From assembly GCA_963723875.1 (NCBI GenBank), contig CAVRSN010000012.1, positions 24,673 to 88,672 of the forward strand: a DNA stretch of 64,000 nt. The letters are read 5' to 3'. Source of the stretch: an uncultured Actinomycetota bacterium. Its GTDB lineage: Bacteria > Actinomycetota > Actinomycetes > Propionibacteriales > Nocardioidaceae. Of this stretch, positions 61,678 through 64,000 are shown piece by piece (within the stretch, counting starts at the first letter, position 1; every line of letters begins with the position of its first letter). Position numbers and translations under genes: made by a program. The notes under the pieces are model-generated. The model saw only the letters and a program-made list of their open reading frames with translations, had not been told where the DNA came from and made no database searches.

Positions 61678-62070
61678 CTCCGGTGGTGATCTCGAAACCG
61701 ATGGCGTTCGGGGCCCGCATAGCCCGTTCGGACTAGTGCATGGGGCCCGTCTAGACCATGGGGCTGACACGTTCGCGCGGACTCGCACGGAAACGCCTCG
61801 GGCCCCGCGCCCGCGCGGTTAGGTTCCTGCTGGCAGTGAGCCTGCGGTAACGGGAGGGACGGAGCCATGAGCGTTCGCGAACGGGGTCGTGACGTGAGGT
61901 GCGTCCCGTCGTCGCGAGCCTGGAGTCTCGTCCAGACCGGTCACTGCGAGCTCGTGACCCGGGTCACGACTGCAACGTTCTCCCTGTGCACGGCCACGCT
62001 CCATCCCCCACCTGCCACCCCGCGGGCAGTGACCATCCCCCGCGACCGGCACCGATAGACAGGCACGTTC
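61678..62070 (+). promoter_or_regulatory. Conserved upstream/leader region, copy 2
   Basis: The same ordered blocks as copy 1: GGACTAGTGC (61730), CGCGCGGTTAGGTTCC (61812), GTCCAGACCGG (61930), a C-rich block (~61978..62011) and CGGCACCG (62047). Confidence 0.6.
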
Positions 62071-64000
62071 GTGACTCCCTCCCCCGAAGAGTCGTCTCCT
62101 CGCTCCACCCCGGGCCGTGCCCTGCGCCGCTGGCGCTACCCGCTGGTGGCCGCCGCCGTGTCCGGCGTGCTGGTGGTCAGCTCGATGACCTTCCAGGCCG
62201 CCGCCGCAGACGACCAGCTGCCGGCAGACCTGTCGTCCGAGTCCCCGACATCGCCAGAGACGACCTCGACTGACCCGACGGCTTCGAGCGACCCGACGGC
62301 CACGAGCGAGTCCACGGCCCCGGCCGACCCGACGGCCTCCGCCGACCCGACGGCCTCGGCCGACCCCAGCTCCGCGCCGGCCGGAGGCTCCACGTCGGAC
62401 GCGGCCTCGACGACCCGGGCTCCCAGCCCCGGAACGGGTCCCTCGTCATCTGGGAGCTCGAGCCAGTCCCTGCTTGATGGTTCGGTGGCGCAGGCCGCAG
62501 GCCCGGGGAACCCTGGGGTGCCGAGCGACCCCACCCCGCTGTTCACCGAGGACTTCCAGAACCGCACGCATGCCTCGAACGTGCTGCTTACGGGCTACAC
62601 CGGTGCCGGCGGCCAGACCTACACCGCAGCGGCGAACTGGGTCGCCCCCGCCCAGTGCAACGGGCTGATCATCGACGCGGACAGCACGCCACAGGCAGGT
62701 GACTGCTCAGGCAACGCCGGGTGGTTCAACGCCCTGCGACAGTTCGCCTACGGCCTGGGCGTTGTGGACGCCCAGGCAGACCCGAAGCAGAACGCGGGAG
62801 TGGCGGCCTTCACTGCCGGCAACCCGGGGGCCAACGCCGTCGAGTTCGAGACGACGAGCAGCCTCACCCTGCCGTCGACGGGTCGCTTCGTCACCTTTTC
62901 GGTCGACGCCATCGCGACGAGCTGCGCCAGCTCGCACCCCAAGCTGCGCTTCTACCTCCTGGACGGCACGACCGAGCGGCCGGTCTCGTCCAGCGCGATC
63001 GACCCGTGCACCGACGGGTCCAACGTCGTGGTGCCGGCCTCCAGTGGTCTCGGAGCGATCACGCTGAAGGGCGGGCGATTCCCGGCCAACGGGAGCGTCC
63101 TGCTCAGCACGAACTCGTTTGGGATCCGCATGAAGAACGAGAACGGGTCCGGCAGCGGCAACGACGGTGCCTTCGACAAGATCCGGGTGCTGGACGCCAC
63201 ACCTCAGCTGGACAAGGCGTTCTCGCCCCAGACCGTACCGGCGGGCGGCATATCGACTTTGACCTTCACCGTCACCAACACCTCCGACCTGGCGGCCAAG
63301 TCCGGCTGGGGCTTCACGGACACTCTTCCTGCGGGTCTCACGGTGGCCGCTCCGCTGGCCAAGGGCGGGACTTGCGCCGCCACGGTCACTGGCTCAGGCT
63401 CGTCGATCGTCGTGTCGGGCGGCGTCCTCCCCGCGCAAACTGCGTCGTGCACCGTCACCGTCGCCGTAACCTCCAGCGCACCTGCCGTAGGGCAGGCCCC
63501 CGTCACCTACGACAACTGCGCCGCCAACCTGAGCGGCGTGCTCGGCCTCGAGCTCCCCGGGTGCGCTTCGGTGACGTTTGCGACCGCCGACCGGGGTGAT
63601 GCCCCGGGGTCCTACGGCACCACGTCCGCCCAGAACGGCCCGGCCCACGCGCTCGCGGGATACGACGCGGCCAGTCACACCACCCAGCTGATGCTTGGCT
63701 CCACTGTCGACGCAGACTCCGATGGCGTCCCGAGCGCCGGCGCAGACGGCGACGACAGCACCGGCACCGACGACGAAGACGGCCTGACCGCCCTCACCCT
63801 GACGCCCGGGGCCACCGCTGCGACCGCGGAGGTCGCGGTCACCAACTCCACCGGCAACGCCGCGACGCTCCACGGCTGGATCGACACCAACGGCAACGGG
63901 ACCTTCCAGGCCAGCGAGGCGACGACGACCAACGTCCCGGCCGGCGCCACGAGCGCGACGCTCAACTGGACCGGTCTGCCGGCCGCCGGCTCGGCGACGA
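62071..64000 (+). CDS. Secreted surface protein (partial, runs off the window): Thr/Pro linker, DUF11-like and GEVED-like domains
   Basis: I translated this frame by hand from GTG 62071 and found no stop through 64000, which is why it is absent from the ORF track. Start VTPSPEESSPRSTPGRALRRWRYPLVAAAVSGVLVVSSMTFQAAAA. Linker DPTASSDPTATSESTAPADPTASADPTASADP. Domain-like regions LDKAFSPQTVPAGGISTLTFTVTNTSD and DRGDAPGSYGT...AHAL. Confidence 0.75.
   Translation, partial: MTPSPEESSPRSTPGRALRRWRYPLVAAAVSGVLVVSSMTFQAAAADDQLPADLSSESPTSPETTSTDPTASSDPTATSESTAPADPTASADPTASADPSSAPAGGSTSDAASTTRAPSPGTGPSSSGSSSQSLLDGSVAQAAGPGNPGVPSDPTPLFTEDFQNRTHASNVLLTGYTGAGGQTYTAAANWVAPAQCNGLIIDADSTPQAGDCSGNAGWFNALRQFAYGLGVVDAQADPKQNAGVAAFTAGNPGANAVEFETTSSLTLPSTGRFVTFSVDAIATSCASSHPKLRFYLLDGTTERPVSSSAIDPCTDGSNVVVPASSGLGAITLKGGRFPANGSVLLSTNSFGIRMKNENGSGSGNDGAFDKIRVLDATPQLDKAFSPQTVPAGGISTLTFTVTNTSDLAAKSGWGFTDTLPAGLTVAAPLAKGGTCAATVTGSGSSIVVSGGVLPAQTASCTVTVAVTSSAPAVGQAPVTYDNCAANLSGVLGLELPGCASVTFATADRGDAPGSYGTTSAQNGPAHALAGYDAASHTTQLMLGSTVDADSDGVPSAGADGDDSTGTDDEDGLTALTLTPGATAATAEVAVTNSTGNAATLHGWIDTNGNGTFQASEATTTNVPAGATSATLNWTGLPAAGSAT

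Noticed and set aside
55405-61788. A 2127-aa minus-strand ORF antisense to the whole giant surface-protein gene
   Set aside because: Its translation is Arg/Gly/Val/His/Asp junk with no domains. The plus-strand product has a signal peptide, Ig-like repeats, DUF11-like domains and LPHTG. Long stop-free antisense frames are expected in GC-rich genes with strong third-position GC.
61867-62058. A 63-aa ORF (MSVRERGRDVRCVPSSRA...) inside the second upstream region
   Set aside because: There is no RBS, the composition is poor, and copy 1 of the paralogous region has no counterpart. This part corresponds largely to the extra ~80 nt insertion.

Overview
This is a 64-kb stretch of a high-GC actinobacterial chromosome. 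Gene content and order look Nocardioides/Propionibacteriales-like, but that is inference only. The backbone is conserved housekeeping neighbourhoods. These are tRNA-Lys, cspA, a mutT1-like Nudix/histidine-phosphatase fusion and a phosphate block (PHO-box-like repeats, pstSCAB, pit plus a DUF47/PhoU-like gene, ppk1). They continue with three esterases, a nitrobindin-fur-ygfZ operon, glnR-mshD, a MoaD-like carrier, PAS kinases and DUF4395-rhodanese-DUF1416. Accessory material is interleaved with this backbone. (i) Decayed integrase remnants sit at tRNA-Lys. (ii) A 1.25-kb cassette lies between pstB and pit, holding a DUF559/Vsr-like endonuclease-fold ORF bounded by two copies of a 68-bp palindromic element. 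(iii) Two translationally coupled TPM-like paralogues next to ppk share a C-x5-H-x21-C-x2-C motif. (iv) A 1358-aa Ala/Glu/His-rich coiled-coil protein carries an in-frame 693-bp internal duplication, and a second coiled-coil membrane protein lies nearby. (v) A ~15-kb surface-glycan cluster contains an ACP, an adenylating enzyme, an SDR, acyltransferases, a flippase, three methyltransferases, and gmd with a GDP-mannose-3,5-epimerase homologue. It also has four glycosyltransferases, two of which look frameshifted, and it is studded with three different structured repeat elements. (vi) A REC-PAS-kinase / REC-RsbW-like pair precedes a 2086-aa tandem-repeat surface protein and a second surface protein. 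These two surface genes share a paralogous 310-390-nt upstream region and identical first 15 coding nucleotides. I saw no rRNA, CRISPR array, intact IS element or prophage, or recognisable defence system. Start codons are judgement calls. No database search or computation was possible, so family names come from motif recognition.
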